Shown here piece after piece: positions 14,301 to 24,605 of a DNA stretch of 64,000 nt (the first letter of the stretch is position 1; every line of letters begins with the position of its first letter). Under the pieces are notes generated by a model. It saw only the letters and a program-made list of their open reading frames with translations. It had not been told where the DNA came from and made no database searches. The DNA is from Podarcis gaigeae. Its lineage: Eukaryota. A program made the translations under genes and the position numbers. The stretch is taken from the NCBI GenBank assembly GCA_964106915.2, contig OZ066919.1; one strand, given 5' to 3'.

Positions 14301-17146
14301 AAAGACATGGGAAGTTTAAGTGGACACTTTTTACCCATCCCCAAACTGTGAAGGCTGTCCTTGTGGGAAAACCAATGATACTATCATTCAGAAATTTGAC
14401 AGGATCCATCTTTCTTGGAGACTCTGATGCCTGCAAATTTCATCCAATAGTGGGGGAGGGGGGAAAGTTTCCTTAGAAAAATAACCATAAAATTTCAAAG
14501 GTACCTGACAGAAAAAAGCCCCACCCTGGAACTATTTGGCTGGCTGAATCCGCTGTGGAGCGGCAAATGTGCCTGCAAATTTTATCCACTGTAAAAAGGG
14601 GGAAAGGTATAGCTTAAAAAACAACAACAACCCAATAGTGAACGAGGGGAAATGAAATCTTGTTTTTTCCCAACTCAGACTCAGAAGCACTTGGGACTGA
14701 GGCATGTTGTTTTCTGAAGTACTGACTCAAGGTCCAAACTGAATCTTGTTTGGTGTACATCCCTGATTTAAACTTTGCTGCCTCTTATATGACTAGATGA
14801 AATGCTCCAGGGAAGTCCTTGTGATACTACATTATGGAATAGGCGCTTGCAAAACCTATATGAAGGTGATGTAAACAAGCAGACAGGATCCCCACGTGAA
14901 TGTTCTGTGTTGCCTATATTCTCTTACCTGCCAAACATGGCAAAAGGAGATGGAGGAGGTACAGTGTGTATAAAATGGAACCCTGCATTCCAGCTAAGGA
15001 GAAGGGAAATGGGAAGGATTTAGGAGAGACCTGATGCAGTGGGAGCAATGGGTGACATCACATGGCTGATTTGGAAACTGGGATTTAGACTGTGTCAGGT
15101 GTAGCTTGGACCACCCAGGTTCTGTGCTCCTGAACCCATTCGTGGCTTGACTGATTCCCATCTCTCCTGCTTGTCCTCTGCAGGCTGCCATACTCTGGCT
15201 ACTTCGGAGGTGTCTCTGGCCTGAGCAAGACACAGTTTCTGAAGATCAATGGCTTCCCTAACGAGTACTGGGGCTGGGGTGGGGAAGATGACGACATCTT
15301 TAACCGGTGCGTGAGAGGCTGGGCCAAGCCTAGCCAGAACTTGTTCTCTGCAAGTTGGTTGTAGTAGCCATGTAGTCTGTTTTTCCGTGTGGTGTCTCCT
15401 GGGAATGTGCTGAGTGGCAGGGAACAGCATTCTCTTCTGGGGTGGGGTAGCTGTGCAAATGGCAGGTGGCAATATGCAACACCTGCTTTTCCTATAACAA
15501 TGCTCCCAAATCTGAGAGAGGAGGACATAGGCAGGTAGGTATTCCACAGCACATAACAGGCAGGGCCAAATAGAAGGCCTGGGGAGCCAATACTCTGAAA
15601 GCCAGAAGGGGTTGGGTGTGCTGAGGACTGGAGGGTGAGGACTAACTCCAGCTTTATTTAGAGTTTGCCCCCAACCTGTCTGCTGGTCTTTGAGCTGCAC
15701 TTTTTCTTTACACAGGATCTCGCTTAATGGCATGAAAGTGTCACGTCCTGATGCCCGCATTGGGCGCTACCGCATGATCAAACACGAGCGTGACCGACAC
15801 AACGAGCCCAATCCCCAGCGGTGAGAGAGACAATGTGCTTGCTAGCTCCCTACCTAGTCCATTGCGAGCTACATAAGGAGATAGAAAGCTCCCACAAAAT
15901 TTCTGCACCATTTCCCTGGGCACATAATGGCTTTCAAGCCTGATTTCCAATGGAATATAATCTTCCAGACATATCTTCCCTTTTGTAGCATACTACTCTA
16001 CACCTCGTGAGGAGAGAGGGGCCACATTTGTTTGCCTCCCTGTAGAATGTCCATGAAACAAACCAAGATAGCCTACAAGTCCTTAGACTTCCCCCAGAGA
16101 GTGTTTTCTATTACTGCATGTGCATTCCTCTCTTTCTGATCTACCCCCAGTTTTAATTCCACTCTCTGCCTCTTCTAAGAGACACAGACATGAATCAGAG
16201 TCCCAACCATGCACCAGGTGTGTTTGGTTAAATCTATGTTCTGCTAGTTCTAGGCAAGGAAAGAGAAAGGGACTCCTGTCCTGTGCCCTAACATTTATTG
16301 TCTGGAACCAGAGAAAAGCCACAGCTGGCATGGTTTCAAGGCAATACACTAAACCTTATTTCATGAGACCCTGACATTCCACTTGAGAAGGTTGTGTGGT
16401 GGTAGTAATCACCTATCATGAGAACTAAATGCAGTCACCATCCATGGCCCTCCAGGATCCTATGACACCATCACACTTTGCAACCTTGCTATATCATTTG
16501 ACAGGGACTGTTGTTTTACAGCTGAGCTCTGGGTGGAGAAGCTCACTCTGTTACTTGGGACTTTCAACCTGGAAGGGCTGTGCATGGTGATTGTCCGTTC
16601 ATGTGTTCAGAAAACACAATTTCATTTCGGAAGTCCCAGTGCTTTGTATGCTAGAAATCTGACATAATAAATTGCTTTATTGTGCGTGGATAATGCCACG
16701 TAAGGCTCTTCCCAAAATCCTTCCAAGTGGCCTGAGCTGTCATTAGACTCTCTATTCCAGGCTTCCTCAAACTCAGCCCTACAGATGTTATTGGCCTACA
16801 ACTCCCATGATCCCTAGCTAGCAGGACCAGAGGTCAGGGATGATGGGAATTGTAGTCTCAAAACATCTGGAGGGCCGAGGTTGAGGAAGCCTGCTCTATT
16901 CCATTCATCAAGGAATGGCTTGTAGGTTTAACTTGAATTAATCTAACTGCCTACTTTCATGTGTAAGATGAGTTTTTCTCTGGTTTTCCTGGCAGGTTCA
17001 CCAAAATCCAGAATACCAAGGTGACCATGAAACGCGATGGCATTGGCTCGCTTCAGTACCGCCTGGTGGAGGTGGTTCGTCGTCCCATGTACACCAATGT
17101 AACCGTGGAGATTGGCCGCCCACCACCACGCCCCCCTCGGGGCTGA
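11080..17146 (+). CDS. B4GALT2: Beta-1,4-galactosyltransferase 2, full CDS join(11080-11389,12432-12667,13341-13531,15184-15306,15716-15820,16996-17146), 371 aa
   Basis: N-terminus MSRLLVGVTLERICKAVLLLCLLHFL is the B4GALT2 type II anchor. GT7 motifs KVAILIPFRHR, FNRAKLLNVGF, FSDVD and WGWGGEDDD are present. All introns are GT-AG with consistent phases, and the CDS is 1116 nt. Confidence 0.97.
12432..12667 (+). CDS. B4GALT2: B4GALT2 coding exon 2
   Basis: ctcctgcag|TG...CAG|gtgcgt. Encodes GRLLIEF...KVAILIPFRHREHHLKYWLHYLHPIL...YIINQ. Confidence 0.95.
13341..13531 (+). CDS. B4GALT2: B4GALT2 coding exon 3
   Basis: tacag|TTT...CG|gtgagt. Encodes FGEDTFNRAKLLNVGF...FSDVDLVPMDDRN. Confidence 0.95.
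15184..15306 (+). CDS. B4GALT2: B4GALT2 coding exon 4
   Basis: ctgcag|G...CG|gtgcgt. Encodes LPYSGYFGGVSGLS...NEYWGWGGEDDDIFNR. Confidence 0.95.
15716..15820 (+). CDS. B4GALT2: B4GALT2 coding exon 5
   Basis: cacag|G...CG|gtgaga. Encodes ISLNGMKVSRPDARIGRYRMIKHERDRHNEPNPQR. Confidence 0.95.
16758..16893. mobile_element. Short non-autonomous hAT-type MITE (136 bp, apparently young copy)
   Basis: TIR caggcttcctcaa / ttgaggaagcctg, perfect 8-bp TSD ctctattc (16750-16757 and 16894-16901), extensive internal palindrome. Confidence 0.9.
16996..17146 (+). CDS. B4GALT2: B4GALT2 last coding exon
   Basis: ggcag|G TTC. Encodes FTKIQNTKVTMKRDGIGSL...GRPPPRPPRG followed by TGA. Confidence 0.95.
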
Positions 17147-18521
17147 CTCTTTGCTGCCTGGCTCTGCCCATGGCCCCATGCATGAGGAGCTGTGCGGATC
17201 CCAGCCCTGACTGGTTCAGAGGACTGTGTCCTGGCTTGGAGGAGCTGTCTGCCTCCTTTGTGGGGATGCGGGAAAGGCCAAGACTACACCTTCGCCTTGC
17301 CCCAGCCTTTGGCTGAAGCCCATCTCCTGATCACTAGTCAGTTCTCCACAGTGCCCTTCACAGGTTGGGGAGGAAGTGTGAGTGTGTCATGGTGCCTGGC
17401 GCAGCGCTTAGGGGTCCTGGGCACAGCCAAGCCCCACTCCTGGCTGGAAGGCACTGAGAGCAGAGAAACCTTGTGCAGGTTCTTGAACCTCCCTATCCTC
17501 TCCCAGAACTTTTCACAGAGCGGCATCCCTTAAGGATCCCGGAAGTACAGTACAGGTAGTTGTTTTCCTTTCCTCTCAGTGTGCAAGAGTGCCGTTTGAG
17601 CCTTCCTTCCAGGGGGTGGCCTGGCCTTACGACAAATGCCAGCTCGCAAGGTGTCCAGGTGGTTCACTCGTGCCCAGCTGAGGAGAAGCTCTTCCAAAGG
17701 AGAAGCTCTCATGGGCCTGGCCACTGCCCACCTCCATTCATGGCTTGGTGCTGTCCCCCTGCTGGGCCCTGGGTGTCACTTCTGGCTCCAGTAACAGGGG
17801 CATTTTATACAAAACCCTCATTAGAATACTTGAGTGCTTCCTGGGTTAGTGTGACAGGTAGCCTGTCTGTCAAGGGACAACAGGTCATTCTTCCTAACAG
17901 TGTTTGCTCTTTTGTCTGTGAATGGGGAATATTGGTTGGGCAGTGTGTGCTTCACTTCTCAGCAAGGGTGGAATCAAAATGGCATGGTTCGGCCTACTCT
18001 CTGGTGTGGGCTGGCTTCTCTTTTTTACAGGCACCAATGGACCTATGGCCATGGCTACAGAACAGAGGAAGGTGAAGTTGGCTTCTTGCTGCCTGTCCCC
18101 TACCTCTCACCTCCAACCCACTTACCCCATACCAACCCTCACTCACCAATCAACCTTCCCGCCATCTGCCAGGCAACCTGCCGTTGACCACTCATCGTGC
18201 CCTCTTTGTCAAGCTGCCATCTGCCACCACCTGAGGCCAGGCCCCTGGGTCCGACCGTCTGCTCATGACACATGGTGGCCGTGTGCCTAATTCCTGGAGC
18301 TAGGAAGCTGCTGGTGTCCCTCATCTCTGGTTATGGTGCCTGGCAGGTAGAATCTCCTGCGCCGGTCTACTTTGGGATGGCAGCTGGGCCAGGCTTGAAG
18401 CCAGGCACCAGCGTGTTGCGCAGCCCAGGTGTTGGTGACTTTTGTACATTTGAATGTTTTGATCCCTTTTCAAGCCTATGGTGAATGCAGCACTGGTCAC
18501 TACGATCAGACTTTTGTATTC

Positions 18522-18527
18522 AATAAA
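18522..18527 (+). terminator. B4GALT2: Probable B4GALT2 poly(A) signal AATAAA
   Basis: Canonical hexamer about 1.4 kb after the stop, preceded by TTTTGTA/TGTA elements. Confidence 0.7.
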
Positions 18528-18802
18528 GTTTCAAAACTTGGGAGACTCCTTGCCTATGGGATTCACGTGGGGTCTGTGGATAGGGGCAACGCTGCAGGTT
18601 TATGCAATCTGCAGCCTCCCCTCCTTGTGCTCATCTTGGCAAGGTACAAAATGAAGTATTAAATTCGTTTCCAAATGAATGGCACCTCATTGTGCTTCCC
18701 CAACAAGTTTGTTTAAAGCAGGGACTGGGTTTTCTGGCCCAGGAAACTCTGGGCGTAGTTACTCAGCCCAGAAGACAAGAGAGAACTATTCTACAAGGTT
18801 CT

Positions 18803-18808
18803 TTTATT
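18803..18808 (-). terminator. Probable poly(A) signal of the VWC-domain gene
   Basis: TTTATT on + (AATAAA on -), about 460 nt downstream of the stop at 19264. Confidence 0.6.
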
Positions 18809-19263
18809 GATGCTCACACAGAGAAAAATGGTTAAATAGTAGCAGAAGATGCTATGTTTAGTTGAAGCTGGAGTGGGAATGTGGTGGTGGTTGGTGGGTG
18901 ATTCCCTAAATCATATGGAGAACCTCTGGCTCTCGAGATGTGGCTAAATTATTCCTAACCATTAGTCATGCTGGCTACAGCTGATGGGAGCTGGGAGTCC
19001 AATGGCCACAGGTCGCCCATCCATCCTAAATAAAATGGGCTTTCTCATATGAGCTACTCTCCTGTGTAATAACTCTAGACATTGTCAAGGGAAAGGGGGT
19101 AGATCTGGAAAGGGGGCTGTGACTGGCAATTGCTTATGTGTATGGTTGAAGGAGTTGGGCCAGGGCTGGGTGTAAGGGCACACTAGGGCTTGTCTGAATA
19201 AGCAGAAGCCTTGCAGGTGCTGAAGAATGGCTGGCCCGGGAATTGTTTGGTGTTTGGAGCAGC

Positions 19264-19448
19264 TCAGGTGTGATGTGCACCTGTAGCCCGGCATCCCCGT
19301 AGCCGCTCGCATTTAGCTAAGCGGTTTCCTTCCCAGTAACCGGCGTCCTGGCCATCATGACAGCGGCAACGGGTGCAGGGCCCCACCCATATGCTCTCCC
19401 CAGCAGGAATTACGCGTCGCTGGCTCCCATCCACGTAGCAGTTGGGCC
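19264..19448 (-). CDS. VWC-family gene coding exon 3
   Basis: ctccacag|GG. Encodes PNCYVDGSQRRVIPAGESIWVGPCTRCRCHDG...CERLRGCRATGAHHT followed by TGA. Confidence 0.92.
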
Positions 19449-22400
19449 CTGTGGAGAGACATGCCCATGTATTAGAGTCTGCCATTGTTTGCAGAAGTCT
19501 CATCATGACTCTTAGAAGCAGAAATGGCAAGCAGTTTAAGAGTACAAGGTGGGGGCAACCCAGCCAGATGGGCAGGGTATAAATAATAAAATTATAATTA
19601 TTATTACTCCAGCCTTGCACCCCTATCCTCTACCGGGAGCTCACCTAGTGCCTGTTCGTCCACAGGTTCTGTGCTACAGGCTGCTTTTGTACCAGGAGGA
19701 CATTTTTCATTTTGGGGAGAGCCCCTCTTCTAACACTAGGGCCAAACACCTGCCAAATCCTTCAAGATGAGGTGGGGGCTACCAGGTGTCCCACCATTAT
19801 TTCTAAGTAGGAGGCTTCCTGTTCAGTTAAGCAACCTTGTGTCTGGTCAGCTTGGCCCAATTCCTCTCACTTCCCTGCTCTAGTAGGACAGGGGCCCTGA
19901 ACAGCGAGGGAGACAAAGTTCTCTCTCCCTTCTGGACAGCTTGAAGTGGAACATTTGTCCCTTGCTGTGAAGGTGTGTCTTTCTCACCGTCCTCACAGGT
20001 GGGGCAGCAGTGGCCCTTCTCGTAGACTGGATTGACGCAGGGCGGAGGGGCGCAGTCTGCCACTAGGCAACGAGCGATGCCATCTAGGTCACAGGTACAC
20101 TGCTCACACTCTGAGGGCTGTGAGAGACAAATATTGGTCAATAGAGCAAGGCAGCTTTACGTGGACAGCACACGGTTATGATGATGCAGCTCCAGAACTA
20201 TTTTGCATCAGTGGTGCAGAAGCTTATTCTTTTCTGAGAATTGCATTCCCTTGGGAATCTCTTCAGAATTGCATGCCAGTGGTGTGCTGGTCCAGAGTCA
20301 AAGTGGCTAGAGCACCTCCTCTGCCACCCTATTTCCCTCCCCCTTTTCCTCCTAATCAAATTAGGCTGAGAGAAATAGGTTACCAATCCACCCCGCACCA
20401 CCATGTTGCAGAACTGACTGGATTTTGCGGTTCCAGAATAAATTAGTCATGTCTTCTGTCTGTAATTTGCAAAGAGATGTGTGTATGCAAGCAGGTGGGA
20501 AACTCATGCCTCAGATTAGGCTCCTGGCTGCATCTTTGCTTGCCTGTATCTGTGCTTTAAGTATCACAAAAGAAATATAAGGCCCATCATCTTCCTTTTT
20601 TTGTAATGTGTGAAGCATTCCAAATTGAATGCATAGCCATGGCAGTACTGGGATTATACCATCAGATGGCACTATCAACCAAAAATTGATAGGAGGGAGA
20701 AAAAGCTTCTGTCCCAATCTCCCTTGACTTTGTGTATCTTCAAAACAAAAAAAAAATCCTTCCAGTAGCACCTTAAAGACCAACTAAGTCAGTTCTTGGT
20801 ATGAGCTTTCGTGTGCATGCACACTTCTTCAGATACACTGAAACAGAAGTTTCCAGACCCTTCTATATAGTGAGAAGTTGGGGAGGGGTATTACTCAGAA
20901 GGCTGGTGGGAATGGGTGATTGGCAGATAGCTGTGATGAGCCTGTTGACGACTCTTAACGACTGCAATAGGTCTTACAGGAAGAAGCAAGGGGTGAAAAG
21001 GTGAAAAATGGCTTTGTCATGTATAATGAGATAAGAATCCAAGGTCTTTGTTCAGGCCAGGTTTCTCCATTGTTTTAAGTTTGGTGATAAGTTGTAATTC
21101 AGCAGCTTCTCTTTCCAGTCTATCTGTGTATCTTGTCAGCTCTGGCCAACTCAAGATTACTCTCAAATAATCATGCAGCTGGCCACTGGGGAAACTGACT
21201 GGTCATAAGAAAATGTTGAATAGAGAAAACTGTGAGTGAGTGAGAGATTGTCCCCAGTAGCACAAAACCATCAGGGATCCCAATATGCTAAAAAGGCCCA
21301 TGAATGTGTTTTGGAACCCATTACCCAATCAAGCTCCTCCTTAAAATATCCAGCAAAGGAGACTGAAGTCATTTTCAGCACCTCACCTCTCATTCGCCTT
21401 CTCACTAGCAAAACATGAGGCTAATTCTAGCCAAGCCACATGCTTTTGTTCTCTGCCCTAAGGGGAAAGTTCCAAGATTCTACCTTCTGTTAAATTCCCT
21501 CCCTCCTGAACTAATAGGTTGGTTGTCTGATTTCACACCTTCAGGGTGGGTGATGATAAAGACTGGTCTCCACTGAAGTTCAAGTGGTTGCAGATAAAAA
21601 CATTGGTCACTTGCTCTAGATCACTCGTCACAATACTTTAAAATAACAAAGCTGGAAGATGACATCAACATTTAACACCAAAAATCATATCTTAATGATA
21701 TAATTGTCCATGATCATCTTTATAACTCGAGGGAAAGAGATTGCACAACTTCACTGGCAAGTTGATATCCTGTTCTTTCTACAAACTTACAGTACAAAGG
21801 AAAGTGTTTACCCTTCCTAATTACAGAACTTTTCTCTCTCTAGATCTATAGCACTTGTCTTGCTTATAAGCAAATGCAAGATAACCTAGTTCCAGGAAGT
21901 GTTGGGAAGCAGCCCTATATTACTGTATCCACAACCCAGATGTTCTGGACCTAGAGCAAAATCTGGCCATCCCTAGTAAAGAACTGAGAAGCTTTAGCTG
22001 AGCAAAGTATTTTAGGGCAAGTTAGGCCCCAGCTGAATGGTTCTGGATAATCCAAAGCTTGTTTGCTATTTTATGATATTTTGGTTGGCCATAATAAAGT
22101 TATTGTTTTGGGGGAAATTATGGCTCAATATTGCTTTGCAGAAAGCATTTACTTTCTGTGTACCTTTCAATAGAATTTTGTGTTTGGGTAAATGGGACAG
22201 GCCAAGAGATAAGTCATCAAACAGACACACAATAATTTGGTGTTTAGGTAACGGACAATTCACCTAGGAAGAACCCCACTGCCCATTCTTTGACTATATG
22301 TAGCAACTGGTCCTTTCTTCATCAATACACTTAATCAATACACATTTTTTGCAAACACTCAATTCATGCTATCCAAAGAGGCATGGAGCCCAGGAATGGA

Positions 22401-23396
22401 GGGCTTTGATCTTCCACCTGCAGCCTCAGGGCCAGAATTTGAATCCCTTCGGCTAGTGCAGGCTTAGTGCCAAAAATACTCCTTTCCGAACCCACCCTCA
22501 ATTGTCTAAGTCAGCCATGCTAGAGATTGTTTGGTCTGACTCAAGTCCTAAAATAAACTACACACATTTTTGGCAGCAACAGACAATAGCCAGAAGCAAG
22601 GTCTGAACAGGTCAATGTCAGGCCTAAGAAATGGATGAAAATGAAATTCAATTAGTCAAAGGATGCTCAGCTAGGTACTACAGCCAATAAAATTGCCTTC
22701 TGAATTATTGGTTTTATGGGAACATCTTAAGAGCACCTACAGCTTCATAGAGCACTTTTGATTTGGTGCTTCTCACCCCTTTTGGAAAAATGCAATTTAT
22801 TAGTTTTGTTTGTATTTTCTTTTGCTTCAGCCAGTAATGAACAAACTATAAAGACACAGCGTTCCTGCTTCCAGTCTCTTACTCTCCTGCCTAGGCCTCC
22901 CTTTCAGAACAAGATTTAAGAAACAGAAGGGACTGCTTGAGATTCTTTTTCAGGAGTGTTCGCTTTTTCTCCTCACTTTGCCCATCCATCACCTATTCAT
23001 CCCTGCCCACCTCGCTCTAGATTCCTTCTCATGCCACCCCTTTGCCTAATTCTCCCTTGAATGCCTTACCTGGAAATGCTGCCCCAGCTCATACACTTGT
23101 CCACGGTGCTCACAGCCAACCCTTTCGCAGCGTGGGCAGCAGTCGCTGGGGTAGTGGCTGACGTGAATGCAGGCAGGTGGCAGAGCGGTGCAGTCCGTGC
23201 GGGCGCAGGCGGGCCCCTCCGCTGTGCACTCGCACTGGGTGCAGTGGTCACTGTCCAGGAAATACCACTCCCCAACATAGTACAGGCTCCCGTTGGCATC
23301 GCACGTGGTCACTGGCCCTGCCAGTCCTGGGACGGGCACCAGAGTCAGCAGCAGCAGCAGCAGCGCTAAGCTCAGCTGTGTCAACGGAAAGGGCAT
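19264..23396 (-). CDS. Secreted VWC-domain protein of the Brorin (VWC2/VWC2L) family, complement join(23396-23070,20117-19988,19448-19264), 213 aa (223 aa if ATG 23426 is used)
   Basis: Leu-rich signal peptide, two 10-Cys VWC modules (CxxCxC...CCxxC) and a 6-Cys C-terminal module. Family-typical segments CLVADCAPPPCVNPVYE, CCPTCEDGPNC and IPAG are present. Both introns are GT-AG with phases 0 and 1, and there are no stops or frameshifts. Confidence 0.92.
19550..19606 (+). repeat. LINE-type 3' tail remnant
   Basis: acccagccagatgggcagggtataaataat followed by a (tta)n-like tail; the same motif occurs at about 24540. Confidence 0.6.
19988..20117 (-). CDS. VWC-family gene coding exon 2
   Basis: ctctcacag|CCC. 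Encodes PSECEQCTCDLDGIARCLVADCAPPPCVNPVYEKGHCCPTCED. Donor G|gtgaga. Confidence 0.93.
20745..21122 (-). mobile_element. Penelope-like retroelement 3' fragment (GIY-YIG C-terminus plus terminal repeat)
   Basis: The - strand translates RLEREAAELQLITKLKTMEKPGLNKDLGFLSHYT* (stop 21017-21019), typical of the end of a PLE ORF. It is followed by a hammerhead-bearing terminal region. Confidence 0.85.
20799..20836 (-). ncRNA. Minimal type I hammerhead ribozyme motif (PLE-associated)
   Basis: The - strand reads GUAU CUGAAGA A GUGUGCAUGCACAC GAAA GC UC AUAC. This gives stem I GUAU/AUAC, the CUGAnGA and GAAA cores, a stem II hairpin, a palindromic AGCU stem III and a UC cleavage site. Confidence 0.8.
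23070..23396 (-). CDS. VWC-family gene coding exon 1 (signal peptide, VWC module 1, start of module 2)
   Basis: Encodes MPFPLTQLSLALLLLLLTLVPVPGLAGPVTTCDANG...CCPRCERVGCEHRGQVYELGQHFQ. Donor CAG|gtaagg. Confidence 0.92.
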
Positions 23397-23429
23397 CGCT
23401 GAACTCGAGGGACAGATGCCGGGCATGGG

Positions 23430-24360
23430 AGTTGGCGAGAGGGAGGAGCAGAGCAGCAGCAGTAGGGAAGCGAAGCGGAGGAGAGCTGGCGGGGAAAGTG
23501 GGCATCCAGTCCGCTCCAATGCCGCCCGCGGGGTCCCGCCGGGAGGTTGCCTGCTGAAGCTGCAGCTAAGAACCGCCCTGGCGTGCCTCGGCCTTTGTGC
23601 AGCCGCCGCCCGGCCCGGTCCGCCCCTTCTTGCAACCCGAGCCCGCCCAGGGGCACAACACCCCCTCCGCAACGGAGCGGGCGGGACCGGGGCGGTGGGA
23701 GGGACCTGGCCCCCTATCTGCACCTCAGGAAAAGCCTACTAAGACAAGTCCACTGTGCTCCCTCTCCAAACCCCTCGAACACTTATCCGGGGAGCCAATG
23801 CTGCGTCTCCCCAGTTCCCAGTCTCCGCGGCCTCCAAAACACGCGCGGCGCTGGATCTCTCTCTCCCCCCTTATTCCTAGGAACATTAACGGGCATTGGG
23901 CAAAGAAAGAAGTTTCTCAATACTGTACTGTTGCTAAAGCAAAAGGCCAGTGGGACCCCTTCCGGATGAAAACTGGCCGACGTGTGGCTGCTCTTTACCT
24001 CCGATTGCTTGGGTGCAAGCGCGGGCGCACCAAGAGCTTCAACGCACACGCTTCCTTCCCCCGGGACCCCCGTCTCCACGCTCGACCGACATCCTGTCTG
24101 CCTCGTGGGCACGGCTCCTTTAAGAGGCGAGGCTTCAGAGGAACGCGGCGGGGCGTTTCCATGGAGACGGCGAGTTTATATTCCAGAGAGTTAGAGGGTG
24201 GAGGGGGCTCGGATAGGGCAAGACGCCTGGCCCTCCGCCCCTCCGCCGCAGGTGAGGGCTACCGCAGAGTTATGTCCGTGGGTCCGTAGTGAGAGAGGAA
24301 GTGTGGGGAGAGTAAAAGGTCTGGGGCGGAAGTGGGCTCGGTGGGCCGAGACGTAGGTGA
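23430..24360. promoter_or_regulatory. Bidirectional CpG-island promoter between the VWC-family gene (-) and CCDC24 (+); probable CCDC24 non-coding exon 1 ending at 24251
   Basis: CpG-rich block between divergent genes, with GC boxes, an X-box at 24155-24168, donor CAG|GTGAGG at 24252, and GGGGCGGAAGTG at about 24323. Confidence 0.7.
24155..24168. promoter_or_regulatory. RFX X-box GTTTCCATGGAGAC
   Basis: One mismatch from the palindromic GTTTCCATGGAAAC X-box, located in the proximal promoter of CCDC24. Confidence 0.65.
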
Positions 24361-24484
24361 GTTAAGCACTGGGGAGCAACTATGGGGAGGGATAATGGCC
24401 AATAGGTTACATTTGGGGCTATAAACAACTACCTGACATTCAGAAGACATCTGAAGGCAGTCCTGTTCAGGGAAGTTTTTAATG

Positions 24485-24605
24485 TGTGACATTTTAATGT
24501 ATTTTTAATCTTTGTTGGAAGCCGCCCAGAGTGGCTGGGGAAACCCAGCCAGATGGGCGGGGTACAAATAAATAATAATAATATAATAATAATAGTAATA
24601 ATTAC
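24485..24605 (+). repeat. 5'-truncated LINE 3' end with (AAT)n tail
   Basis: ggaagccgcccagagtggctggggaaacccagccagatgggcggggtacaaataaataataat. A second copy in the window lies at about 19550. Confidence 0.65.

Noticed and set aside
15095-15760. 221-aa antisense ORF across B4GALT2 exons (likewise 44242-44844 and 45466-46026 antisense to SLC6A9)
   Set aside because: Shadow ORFs crossing exon-intron boundaries, with no domain signature.
23427-23723. Upstream part of the 225-aa ORF 23046-23723
   Set aside because: GTG-started GC-rich promoter/UTR sequence. The signal peptide begins at the ATGs at 23426 or 23396.
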